A stretch of DNA of 64,000 bases from contig CAWGMQ010000005.1 in assembly GCA_963823665.1 (NCBI GenBank), positions 1,728,001 through 1,792,000 of the forward strand, read 5' to 3'. The notes below the pieces were generated by a model that made no database searches, was not told the DNA's origin, and was given only the letters and a program-made list of their open reading frames with translations. The DNA is from an uncultured Planctomycetota bacterium (GTDB lineage: Bacteria; Planctomycetota; Planctomycetia; Isosphaerales; Isosphaeraceae). Below, piece by piece: positions 38,214-47,475 of the stretch; the stretch's first letter is position 1, and the number at the start of each line of letters is the position of its first letter. The translations under genes and the position numbers were made by a program.

Positions 38214-38899
38214 CCACACGAAGAGATCACGGGGTAACCGCGATTGATCCGACGCCTTCATGACGAGCTCCGCGACAATCAAGCAACCGGGCCTCGTGGA
38301 CGTGGCGAAGAAAGGGATCCCGGTTCGCTTTCGAGCAGTTTGGAAAACTTAGAACGCCAATCCGCCATCATCGTAAGCGAATCTCTAGGCGCATGCAACC
38401 TACCATCTGAGCCACCCGCATTCCGACCGAGCCGGGCGTCACAATCGTTGTGCCCCTGAATGGATCGACCAAGCCGATTCCAACAGACATCTGCGACGTG
38501 TTGCAATAAATCGACGAGTGAGCGGCATGTCCCGTATTTTCAACATCGGGCCGGTTGCGCTCGAGCAGGCCAAAACCAGCCGCCTGCGCGCTACATCGCG
38601 AGTGAACTGCTCGCACTCGAACGCTCATCGCCCACACTGAATTCACGCATCCATGCTAGTCCTTTGCTGATCCTTAACCTCTTTTTGCTTAATGGCTTAG
38701 AGCATTTGTCGCAGCCAATTTCCAAAACCACATGGGGTGACGTATTCCATTGACGTCACGCCGAGCTGGGCCAGGCCGGCGGGATGAGCAGACCTGGAGA
38801 CAAGGTCGACTTGGACAACGTTCCCTTTTCCATAAAGTCTTGTGGAGTAGGCTTTGGGGGAAAGTCGCAGGTCTAGCCGGCGGCCGATTCTCCGAGGTC

Positions 38900-39760
38900 A
38901 GTCATTCGGATCGTCATCGATAATGACCACACGCACTGAACTCCGACTGCCACCCAACTAACGTAGTGCGTTGACTGGTAGCGGAAAGGCGCAGTCCTGA
39001 GAGCAAGACTCGTTCGTCTATCCAGGCTTCCGTGTGGTTTTCAACCAACAACACGCTTTTTTGTTTGAAATCCGAGTTCCGATTGGCTATCAGTAGAAGC
39101 CGCGATGTTCTGGCAGGCTGTAGTTTCCATCGAAAAACCGAGGATGTTACGTCTGTGGCCTTGGAGTCCAGGAGATGACCTGATATGATCTTTTCGCGAC
39201 TTTGAGCTAACCGCGCCGTACTCGTGCGGCACGGAGTTTCGGAGTCGCCGATTGTTCATGTTGACACGCATCTCCAGGCAATCCGGATGGGACACGGTAG
39301 GTGACGCGTAGCAGGACACCGCTCCTTCTCCCGGCGATGTTGACTCTTTGCCTCATGACCAATGAACCGGCCGGACAAGGATCACCTATGACCAAGCAAT
39401 ACCGAAATCGGGCGTCGGTCTGTTAGTGATCGTGGTGGAGCTTGGACGCGAGCCCGGGCGTCCTGTTGTCGTGATAGTCCCGGCGTCTTACTCCTGCTCA
39501 GCCGGAAACGGTGTTGTAACAACATCGGAGCGAGCGCAGTGGAGGAGTCAGAGAGGAACGGAAAACTTTCGCTCGTTGTTTCGCCCGCGAGTCCCATGCT
39601 GTTTGGTCTTACCTTCCCACCGTTTTTGGCTGGATCAGCCAGCATCAACGGTCACCGGCTACCTGGGACTGCAACTCGACGCTTGATGGGCAGCTTGCTC
39701 ATCGGGAAGCTTGGCGCCGGGATCGATCTGATCGAGTTGCGGCATTCCAAGGCAGATCAC
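38900..39760 (+). ncRNA. Candidate large multi-domain structured RNA or 5' leader upstream of the PEP-CTERM gene
   Basis: No convincing ORF. Nested helices: 38925-33/39031-39, 38945-50/38991-96, 39171-77/39269-75, 39196-205/39239-48, 39310-16/39492-98, 39353-59/39468-74, 39380-85/39426-31, 39444-49/39458-63, 39509-16/39520-27, 39531-36/39570-75, 39590-96/39664-70, 39671-79/39732-40. G-U wobbles favour the + strand. Confidence 0.55.
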
Positions 39761-39803
39761 TCCGTCCAAACCGTGTCGACATCAAACTTCTAGGAGTTCC
39801 GAA

Positions 39804-40502
39804 ATGAAGAGAAGAGTTTTATTCCTTGCATTAGCTGCGGGTTTTGTAGTTTTGGGCTTGGCTGCCCAAGACGCCCGCGCGGGACAAATCATTCTCCCAA
39901 CGACATTGGACACGTTGTTGCCATCCGGGAACTACGCCGTCGTCGTTGGCGCGGAGACGTTGACGTTCTCGAGCTTCACCTATGCGGCAAGCTCTGTCCC
40001 GACAGGCTCTGCGCCCGCGGCGTCGAGCATCACCGTCAGCCCCTTCGCGGTCGGGAACGAGACCGGGTTCAGCCTGAATGGAACATTGAGCGCACCGGCA
40101 AACACGTTGGTTGACCTGACGATTACTTACATCGTGACGGCGCCCGCGGGTCAGCTACTCAATGATGCTGTCTTGGTGACTGCCGGAGGTAGCTTTGGCG
40201 GTACCGGCACCTACACCGTCGACGAGACGCTTGCCAACCCAATCACCTTTGCGACGGTCGGGACCTTGAGTGCATTCACTGGGAGCCCCACCGACAGCAC
40301 GACGTTTGCGGGCATTAACTCGCTCTATGTTACCAAGGACATCTATCTCAGTGGCGGCACCAAAGGTGTATCGCTTTCTGCGGTCACCCAAGGGTTTTCC
40401 TCCACCGGTGTCCCCGAGCCCACCTCATTGGCGCTCCTCGGCATCGGCATGACCGGATTCCTTGCGTTCCGCCGTTTCTTCAAGAAGACTTCGGTCGCTT
40501 GA
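39804..40502 (+). CDS. PEP-CTERM sorting-domain surface protein
   Basis: AGGAG RBS (39792-96), signal peptide MKRRVLFLALAAGFVVLGLAAQDARA, Thr/Ser/Gly-rich body, C-terminal VPEPTSLALLGIGMTGFLAFRRFFKK. Confidence 0.93.
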   Translation: MKRRVLFLALAAGFVVLGLAAQDARAGQIILPTTLDTLLPSGNYAVVVGAETLTFSSFTYAASSVPTGSAPAASSITVSPFAVGNETGFSLNGTLSAPANTLVDLTITYIVTAPAGQLLNDAVLVTAGGSFGGTGTYTVDETLANPITFATVGTLSAFTGSPTDSTTFAGINSLYVTKDIYLSGGTKGVSLSAVTQGFSSTGVPEPTSLALLGIGMTGFLAFRRFFKKTSVA

Positions 40503-40526
40503 ATCAGGCACACTAACCCAAGGCGT

Positions 40527-40624
40527 TCACGGCAACCCTGACCGAAGAATCCGTGATCAGCCGACCCGCTAACTCACACCAAGTCGGTTCGGAAGCATCA
40601 CTTACGACCACCACGGACTGATGC
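40527..40624 (+). other. Three tandem stem-loops with 17-18-nt C/A-rich loops in the PEP-CTERM 3' UTR
   Basis: TCACGG/CCGTGA (40527-56), GCCGAC/GTCGGT (40560-88), GCATCA/TGATGC (40595-624). Confidence 0.55.
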
Positions 40625-40640
40625 GCCGACAAAGAGAAAG

Positions 40641-40683
40641 ACGGCAAGAGGGGTCTGAGCACCCTTCTTGCTGTTTTTTTTTT
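40641..40683 (+). terminator. Rho-independent terminator
   Basis: ACGGCAAGAGGGGT-ctgagc-ACCCTTCTTGCTGT hairpin followed by a long T tract. Confidence 0.85.
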
Positions 40684-40894
40684 CGTACGCCAGCGCAGCC
40701 TTTTTCTAACCCATCGAGCGCATTTTTAAAGAGCCATATTGAGTATTGGCTGAAGGCCCGTTTCCACAACCTTTTATAGCACAGGAATTCACCCCGCGAG
40801 TAGACTTGCTCTTGTCTTTCGGCTTGTCTCGCCATAAGTTTCCGTTCTGCTGATTTTGTTGATTTGCCCACATTTCCCACCTGTGGCATCAGCC

Positions 40895-42540
40895 GTGACC
40901 AAGGACGCCTACGAGGCCTATGCCGAGTTGATCCGTCGCGCCGCGAGATGGCCGTGCTGGGCTCGTGTTCCTCTCTGCTGGGATGGGACGAGCAGACCTT
41001 CATGCCCGACGGAGGGGCGGGCCATCGCTCTGCTCAGATGGGCCTGCTCGCCGGGTTGCATCATGAGCGGGCGACGGATCCCATGATCGGGGAGTTTCTT
41101 GCCGTTGTTGAGAGTTCGGACCTCATCGCCGAGCCCGGATCACCGGCTGCGGTGAACGTGCGAGAAATTCGCCGAAGCTACGACCGACGTATCCGACTGC
41201 CGCGCAACCTGGTCGAAGAACTGGCACGCACGACCTCTCTGGCGCAGCCTGAGTGGGTCGCCGCCCGGTCGGCTCGCGATTTCGCCCGGTTCCGGCCGTG
41301 GTTGGAGAAAATTATCCAACTAAAGCGCCAAGAATCGGCCTGCCTCGGCGGTCAGTTGGCAACTTCTCACCACGAACCCGGTCAATCTCAGCCAGCCCGT
41401 TCCGCAGTCAGGGCCGGCTCGAGTGCCGGTCTGTTCATTTACGATCCGCTTCTCGATGAGTACGAGCCTGGGACAACGACGGAGCAGTTGGCGGTCGTCT
41501 TCCAGGCGCTGCGGCGCGAACTCGTGCCGCTTGCCGCGAAGGTCGCTGAGGGGAGCCTGGAGCGCGCGCAAGCGCCGGCTGCTCCCGGAGCCAATTCCAG
41601 CAATATGGGGTCGCCGCGGTCGGCGGCGATTCTAACCCGCCTTTACCCGCGGGATCGCCAGCAAGTCTTCGGTGAAGCGGCCGCCGCCGCCGTCGGCTTT
41701 GACTTTCAGCGCGGGCGGCTGGACGTAACCGCCCACCCGTTTTGCTCGGGTATCGGGCCGGGCGATTGCAGAATCACCACGCGCTACGACGAGCACAACT
41801 TCAACGATGCATTTTTCGGGATCTTGCACGAAGTCGGCCATGGCCTCTACGAGCAGGGCCTTGATCCGAACCATTACGGCACACCGATGGGCGAAGCCGT
41901 TTCACTCGGTATCCACGAGTCGCAGTCGCGTCTGTGGGAAAACGCGGTTGCCCGGAGCCTTCCTTTCTGGAGCTACTGGTTCCCGATCGCGCGGCGAGTT
42001 TTTCACGAGGCCCTCGCCGATGTCACGCTGGACGAGTTCCATGCCGCGGTTAACCACGTTGCCCCGTCGCTGATCCGCGTGCAGGCGGATGAGGTCACGT
42101 ACAATCTGCACATCATCGTTCGCTTCGAGATCGAGCAGGCACTGTTAACCGGCGACCTGCCCGTCACCGAGCTTCCCGCGGCCTGGAACCAGAAATACGA
42201 AGAAGTGCTGGGAGTCAAGCCACTCAATGATGCGGAAGGCTGCCTCCAGGACATTCACTGGAGCGCAGGGCTCATCGGCTACTTTCCGACCTACACGCTT
42301 GGCAATCTCTATGCGGCCCAGCTTTTCGCCCAGGCCCAGGCCGAGCTGGGTGGGCTTGACCAAGGCTTCGCACAGGGTGACTATAGGGCACTGCTGGCCT
42401 GGCTACGAGCGAAAGTTCATCGCGAAGGCCAGCGGCGCCGGCCTGTGGACCTGATCGAGCACATCACCGGCTCGAAGCCCGACCATCGCCCGCTGATCGC
42501 GGCGCTCACGAAGAAATACTCCGAGCTGTACGGCATCTAG
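40895..42540 (+). CDS. Carboxypeptidase M32 (Taq-like); frameshift near the N-terminus (about 40942)
   Basis: [68 protein letters not shown]; likely true start GTG 40895 ([16 protein letters not shown]) is in another frame. Confidence 0.9.
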
Positions 42541-42544
42541 ATTG

Positions 42545-43780
42545 ATGAGCGAATCTTCAAGCGACCAGATGCCGCCCGTCCATGCTGACGAAGAAAAGCC
42601 GTCGATGTCGCCTGCGCCGCGGCTGGCTTCGATCGATGCCTACCGCGGGCTGGTGATGTTTCTGATGATGGCCGAGGTGCTCAAGCTTTGCCGCGTGGCC
42701 GGTAAACTGCCAGGTGAGCGAATCTGGGAGCTGCTCTGCCACCATCAGTCTCACGTGGAATGGGTCGGATGTTCGCTGCACGACTTGATTCAGCCTTCGT
42801 TCTCGTTCCTGGTCGGCGTGGCGCTGCCGTTTTCACTGGCCAACCGGCTGGCAAGGGGCCAGTCCAGAGCCAGAATGACGGCACACGCGCTCTGGCGTTC
42901 GCTCATCCTCGTTTTGCTGGGAGTGTTCCTCCGGTCGATGGGTCAGAAGCAGACCTACTTCACCTTTGAGGACACTCTCAGTCAGATCGGGCTTGGGTAT
43001 ACGTTCCTCTTCGCGCTGGCGCTTTGTTCTTCGCGCGTTCAATGGATCGCGCTTGGCGTCATCCTCGGCGGCTACTGGGCGGCCTTCGCACTGTACCCGG
43101 CTCCCGGCAGCAGTTTTGATTTCAGCTCGGTCGGTGTTCGACCCGACTGGACTCACCATCCGACCGGGTTCGCTGCGCACTGGGACAAGAACAGTAACCT
43201 CGCATGGGCCTTCGACACCTGGTTCTTGAACGTGTTTCCCCGTAAGAGCACGTTCTCGTCGAACGGCGGAGGTTATGCCACGCTGAGCTTCATTCCGACG
43301 CTGGGGACCATGATTCTGGGTCTGCTGGCCGGCGGAATACTGCGACGCGCCTGGCCGGGTTGGGCCAAGCTGCTCTGGCTTTGCGCAAGCGGCGCCCTCG
43401 GACTACTTGCCGGCTGGGGGCTGGGCGAGCTCGGTCTCTGTCCTGTGGTCAAACGAATCTGGACGCCGAGCTGGGTTCTCTACAGCGGCGGGTTTTGCTT
43501 CTTGTTTCTCGCCGGGTTTTACGCGTTGCTCGATCTGCTGGGCGTGCGCTTCTGGGCCTTCCCGCTGCGGGTTATCGGCATGAACTCGATTGCCGCGTAT
43601 TGCATGGCAGGTTTGTTCGAGGGCTTCGTCGTCAGCAGCCTCAGCACCCATGTCGGCGAGCGAATCTTCAAAATTCTCGGCGAGGCCTATGAACCCTTGC
43701 TCCGCGGCGCGGCGGTTCTCCTGGTGCTCTGGCTCATCCTGTTCTGGATGTACCGGCGCAAGTTGTTCTTGAAGATCTGA
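42545..43780 (+). CDS. HGSNAT-like (DUF5009-type) membrane acyltransferase
   Basis: [75 protein letters not shown]. Confidence 0.85.
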   Translation: MSESSSDQMPPVHADEEKPSMSPAPRLASIDAYRGLVMFLMMAEVLKLCRVAGKLPGERIWELLCHHQSHVEWVGCSLHDLIQPSFSFLVGVALPFSLANRLARGQSRARMTAHALWRSLILVLLGVFLRSMGQKQTYFTFEDTLSQIGLGYTFLFALALCSSRVQWIALGVILGGYWAAFALYPAPGSSFDFSSVGVRPDWTHHPTGFAAHWDKNSNLAWAFDTWFLNVFPRKSTFSSNGGGYATLSFIPTLGTMILGLLAGGILRRAWPGWAKLLWLCASGALGLLAGWGLGELGLCPVVKRIWTPSWVLYSGGFCFLFLAGFYALLDLLGVRFWAFPLRVIGMNSIAAYCMAGLFEGFVVSSLSTHVGERIFKILGEAYEPLLRGAAVLLVLWLILFWMYRRKLFLKI

Positions 43781-43910
43781 TGCGGTGAAGCCCGCTCGAG
43801 CATTCGTCGCTGTTCTACGACGATCATGATAAGATCGAGCTCGGGGATGCGGTCGTTGCCGGCTCACGCACCTGCTTGATTCCATCCCGATTTCGTTGGA
43901 GGGAAGCGTT

Positions 43911-44345
43911 ATGGAGACGCAGACGATGGGGAAGGTTGTCGTGACGGCGGTGATCGAGAACCTTGAAGATCTATACAACGTCAAGAGGGGCGAATTGCAG
44001 CCCGATCAGGTTCGGCGTATTGAGGTGCGTGATGCCATCGTCGACACCGGTGCAACGACCCTGTTACTTCCGAAAAGGATGATTGCCGCGCTTGGGCTTG
44101 AGCCCCTGCGCATGCGCCACTCCCGGGGATTAGGTGGCGATTTTCTTCTGCCCGTGTTTGGAACCGTCCGTCTGACGATTCAGGGGCGTGATTGCCCGCT
44201 CGACGTGGGCGAGATCGGCGATGAATTTCCGGTCCTGGTCGGCCAGATACCGCTCGAGGCACTTGACTGGGTCGTTGACACCAAGGGCCGGCGTCTGATC
44301 GGCAATCCTGAACATGGCGGCGAGTGGGGCATGGACGCGTATTGA
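43911..44345 (+). CDS. Retropepsin-like (clan AA) aspartyl protease
   Basis: AIVDTGATTLLLP, VRLTIQGR, LVGQIPLEALD; GGAGG RBS. Confidence 0.85.
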   Translation: METQTMGKVVVTAVIENLEDLYNVKRGELQPDQVRRIEVRDAIVDTGATTLLLPKRMIAALGLEPLRMRHSRGLGGDFLLPVFGTVRLTIQGRDCPLDVGEIGDEFPVLVGQIPLEALDWVVDTKGRRLIGNPEHGGEWGMDAY

Positions 44346-44402
44346 ACGAATCGTCGCGGCTGACTTTCACCCTTCCAGCGACAACATTCAGGCGCACTGC
44401 TC

Positions 44403-47394
44403 ATGCGTCTCACCAAGTTTCTCTGGCTGATTGTAATCGCGCTCTCGAACGGGCTCGCGGCGGTGGCCCCGCACGCACACGGCCAGGATCAGCCAGGACG
44501 AAGGGCGCGAGCCGAGGTGCGCCTGGATGTCACACGCGATGCCTGGATCTCGGAGGTTGCCCGGGAAGCCGATGGCAATAACGGCGGCGCCACTCGCCTG
44601 AAGCTCAAGAGCATTCAGGAGATGAGCCTGCTGGACTTCGATCCGACGGCTCTTCTGGGCCGGACAATCCGTTCGGCTACTCTCCATCTCAAAGTGGCTG
44701 GTGATGAGACCCTGAAACGTGTGACGGTCAGCTCTGTCGGCGCGGAGTGGGATGAGGGAACGGGGACAGGCTACGCAATCGCAGCCCGGCGGTGTGACAT
44801 TCCGTCACCGGCGACATCCGGACCTCGCGTGGTCGCTCAGCGGGGGAGACATTTGCCAGGTCGTGTTCGACAACGGCGGTACGATCTGGCACATGGCTGA
44901 GGCTTCCCAACCGGATCGCGATGGCTGGCAGCAGGTGGCGGTCGACGCGCGGGTCATCGCCGCCCGCCTGGCTGGAATCAGCCATGGCTTTCTCGCGTTC
45001 GATGACACTGGCTCGGAATGGACGCGGACCGGTGAGACGTTCAAATTCCGGCTCTTCCCCAATCGTTTCGTGTACAGCCGCGAGCAGAACCGTGCGAGTG
45101 CGCCCTACTTCACGATCGAGACCGGAGCAGAGGATCGCCGGCCGCCACAAGCTCCGTCCGGGCTGCGCGTGGAGTCCGGTACGTCGCTGCTGCCTGCGGG
45201 CGAGGCTCTCGTATCGTGGGTCACGCCCGCCGACGGTGGTCCCGCCGGCACGCTGGGGTTCTTTGCGACGCTTGACGGCACGCCTCTTCCTCGGGAGCTA
45301 ATTCCGGTCGCGCGCATTCCGGGTGCGCGAGTCGAGATGCATCTTCGCGACCTGAAGATTTCCAGCCAGTCGAGCCACAAGCTGGCGGTGCGAGCTGTCG
45401 ACGCGGCGGGCAACCGCGGGCCGGAAGCGATGGCAACGATCCGCGTTTCATCACGAGTGCCCGGCCGCCTGCCCGGGCTAAAGCCGGATGCGAAGCCGAC
45501 CGCTCGCTCATCCGTTCTGCCGCGGATTGGCGGTGTAGACGTGGCGATCATCGACGAGCTGGACAAGGTCAATCCTTCGACCGGCGAGTTGATTCCCGCC
45601 CAAGCCGAAGGATACCAGGCAGCCAACCATCTCTGGGATGCCGGTCGTCGTCGAGTCAGGCTTCAGGCCGCCCGAAACGAGTTTGTGGCGTTTCAGGTCA
45701 TGCTGCGAGGTGATTCCGCCGCCGGACCGCTCAACGCCGAGCTGATTTTTGACGGGCCCGCCGGCAAGACGATTCAAGTTGCGGTCGAGCGGTACCACCT
45801 CGTGCCGGCGCGCGGAGGACCGATCCCCGACCCGATCGTGCCCTTGAGCTTCGGCGCAGAAAGCGGGGAGCGAGCCAAATATCGGAGTCTACATATCGAA
45901 GTGTACGTCCCCCATGGGGTGGCGCCCGGTGAGTATAACGGCACGCTTGAGCTCAGCGCATCGGCCCGGGCCGGCGACGCATCGGCGTCCGGTCGAGAGA
46001 CGTTGCGCTTGCCGGTGAAACTTCAGGTGTGGGATTTCTCTTTACCGGATCACCTGAGCTTTCTGCCCGAGATGAACTGCTACGGCCTGCCCGAAGACGA
46101 ACTCGGCTATTACCGTCTGGCCCACCGGCATCGGACGGTGCTCAATCGCGTTCCATACAATCAGGCTGGGCGGGTGCAGGACGGCTGCGCACCGGTCTGG
46201 GACAAAACGCGATTGAAGCTCGACTGGTCGAAGTGGGATCGACGATTCGGTCCGCTGCTCGATGGGACGGCGTTTGCGGATCTGCCGCGGAAGGGCGTGC
46301 CGGTCGAGTGTTTTTATCTCCCGCTGCACGAGAACTGGCCGAGCCCGATGGAGGGGAATTACAACGGCGACTACTGGGCTGATCGGGCCTTTCCGGATTC
46401 GTACCGACGAGCCTTCGTCGCGGCTTCGAAGGAAATCGCGGCGCATCTGCGGAACAAGAAATGGAACGAGACGCTCTTTCAGGGATTCTTGAACAACAAG
46501 AACAACTTCAAGGCCAATGGCTGGTCGCGCGGGTCGTCCCCCTGGCTGCTCGACGAGCCGGCCAGCTTTCAGGATTACTGGGCTCTTCGCTACTTCGCCC
46601 GAGCTTTTCACGAGGGCATCAATCAGGCAGCGAGAGATGATCCACGGGCATCCGTACCGGCACCTCGGCTAGTCTTCCGCGCCGATATCTCTCGCCCTCA
46701 ATGGCGCAGGAACAGCCTCGACGGCCTGATTGATTATCACGTCGTCGGAAGTGCGATGCGCGAATATCCCCGGCTCGTCTTCGAGCGCAAGCGCACGCTT
46801 GGCGAGATCGTGCTCGAATACGGGTCTAGCAATTCCGTCGAGGGCTCGAATGTGCAGCCGGCCGCTTGGTGTGTGGACGTATGGTCTCAGGGCGCTGACG
46901 GCGTCATTCCCTGGCAGACGGTCGGCAATCCCGATTCCTGGAACAAGGCTGACGAGCTCGCGCTTTTCTATCCTCACCCGGCGAAAGACGGACCTGGTCG
47001 ATCGGGGCCGGGCATCACTCCCACGCCGATTCCGTCGATTCGCCTCAAGTCTTATCGGCGCGGCGAGCAGGACATCGAGTATTTGACGCTTTGGTCGCAA
47101 TTACACGGAGAGCCACGGTGGGCAGTCGGCCAAGCGGTCCGCTCGGCGCTCGCCCTTGCCGGCAAGCGCGAGGCAAGTGGCTTTGCCGGTGGTGAGGATG
47201 CTGGGAGGATCAATTACGGCCGTCTTCGCCCGCAGCAGTTATGGGCACTTCGTGTCGCGATTGGCGAGGCCATTTCACAAGCACATCCGTCCGCGAAGTC
47301 CAAGCTGGTTGACTTTCGCACGCCCCGGCGCGACCCCACTGCTGAGTGGGGACCCACTCGGAGTTCTGGCCGAGAACACGAGCAGCGAGAGTAA
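44403..47394 (+). CDS. Large secreted modular protein (DNRLRE-like + FN3 + GH123/DUF4091-like); frameshift at about 44779
   Basis: Signal peptide; DAWISE..NNGGATRLKLK..IRSATLHL; FN3-like VRAVDAAGNRG; RLQAARNEFVAFQV, VWDFSLP, LDEP, PSIRLKSYRRGEQDIEY; deleting one A at about 44779 joins the two ORFs. Confidence 0.65.
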
Positions 47395-47475
47395 GAGTAA
47401 GATTGAGAATAGGACTCGCTCCGGCATCCCTGCGGTACGTCACTTTCCTACTCTTAATCTCGATCTTGCCCTCTT
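47388..47475. repeat. Imperfect inverted repeat of degenerate hexamers between convergent genes
   Basis: AGAGTAAGAGTAAGATTGAGAATAGGA ... TCCTACTCTTAATCTCGATCTTGCCCTCT; a similar pyrimidine-rich hexamer run lies at about 52497-52550. Confidence 0.5.

Noticed and set aside
38856..38870. RNase P RNA (GGGGGAAAGTCGC resembles GAGGAAAGTCC)
   Set aside because: Imperfect match, and the conserved 3' ACAGAA..CGGCTTA segment is absent.
39276..39312. c-di-GMP-I riboswitch (GGCAA..GACGC words)
   Set aside because: The GAAA tetraloop hairpin and GCAAA spacing are missing; the bases fit the larger fold better.
38966..39760. Group II intron (GTGCG at 38966 resembles the 5' splice site)
   Set aside because: No recognisable domain V, no RT ORF and no interrupted host gene.
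38283..39803. Short ORFs (62-97 aa) in the long intergenic region
   Set aside because: No clear RBS or recognisable motif, atypical composition and mutual overlaps; treated as spurious, though a leader peptide cannot be excluded.
40503..40683. CRISPR mini-array (regularly spaced hairpins)
   Set aside because: The stems differ in sequence, so there are no direct repeats, and no cas genes are in the window.
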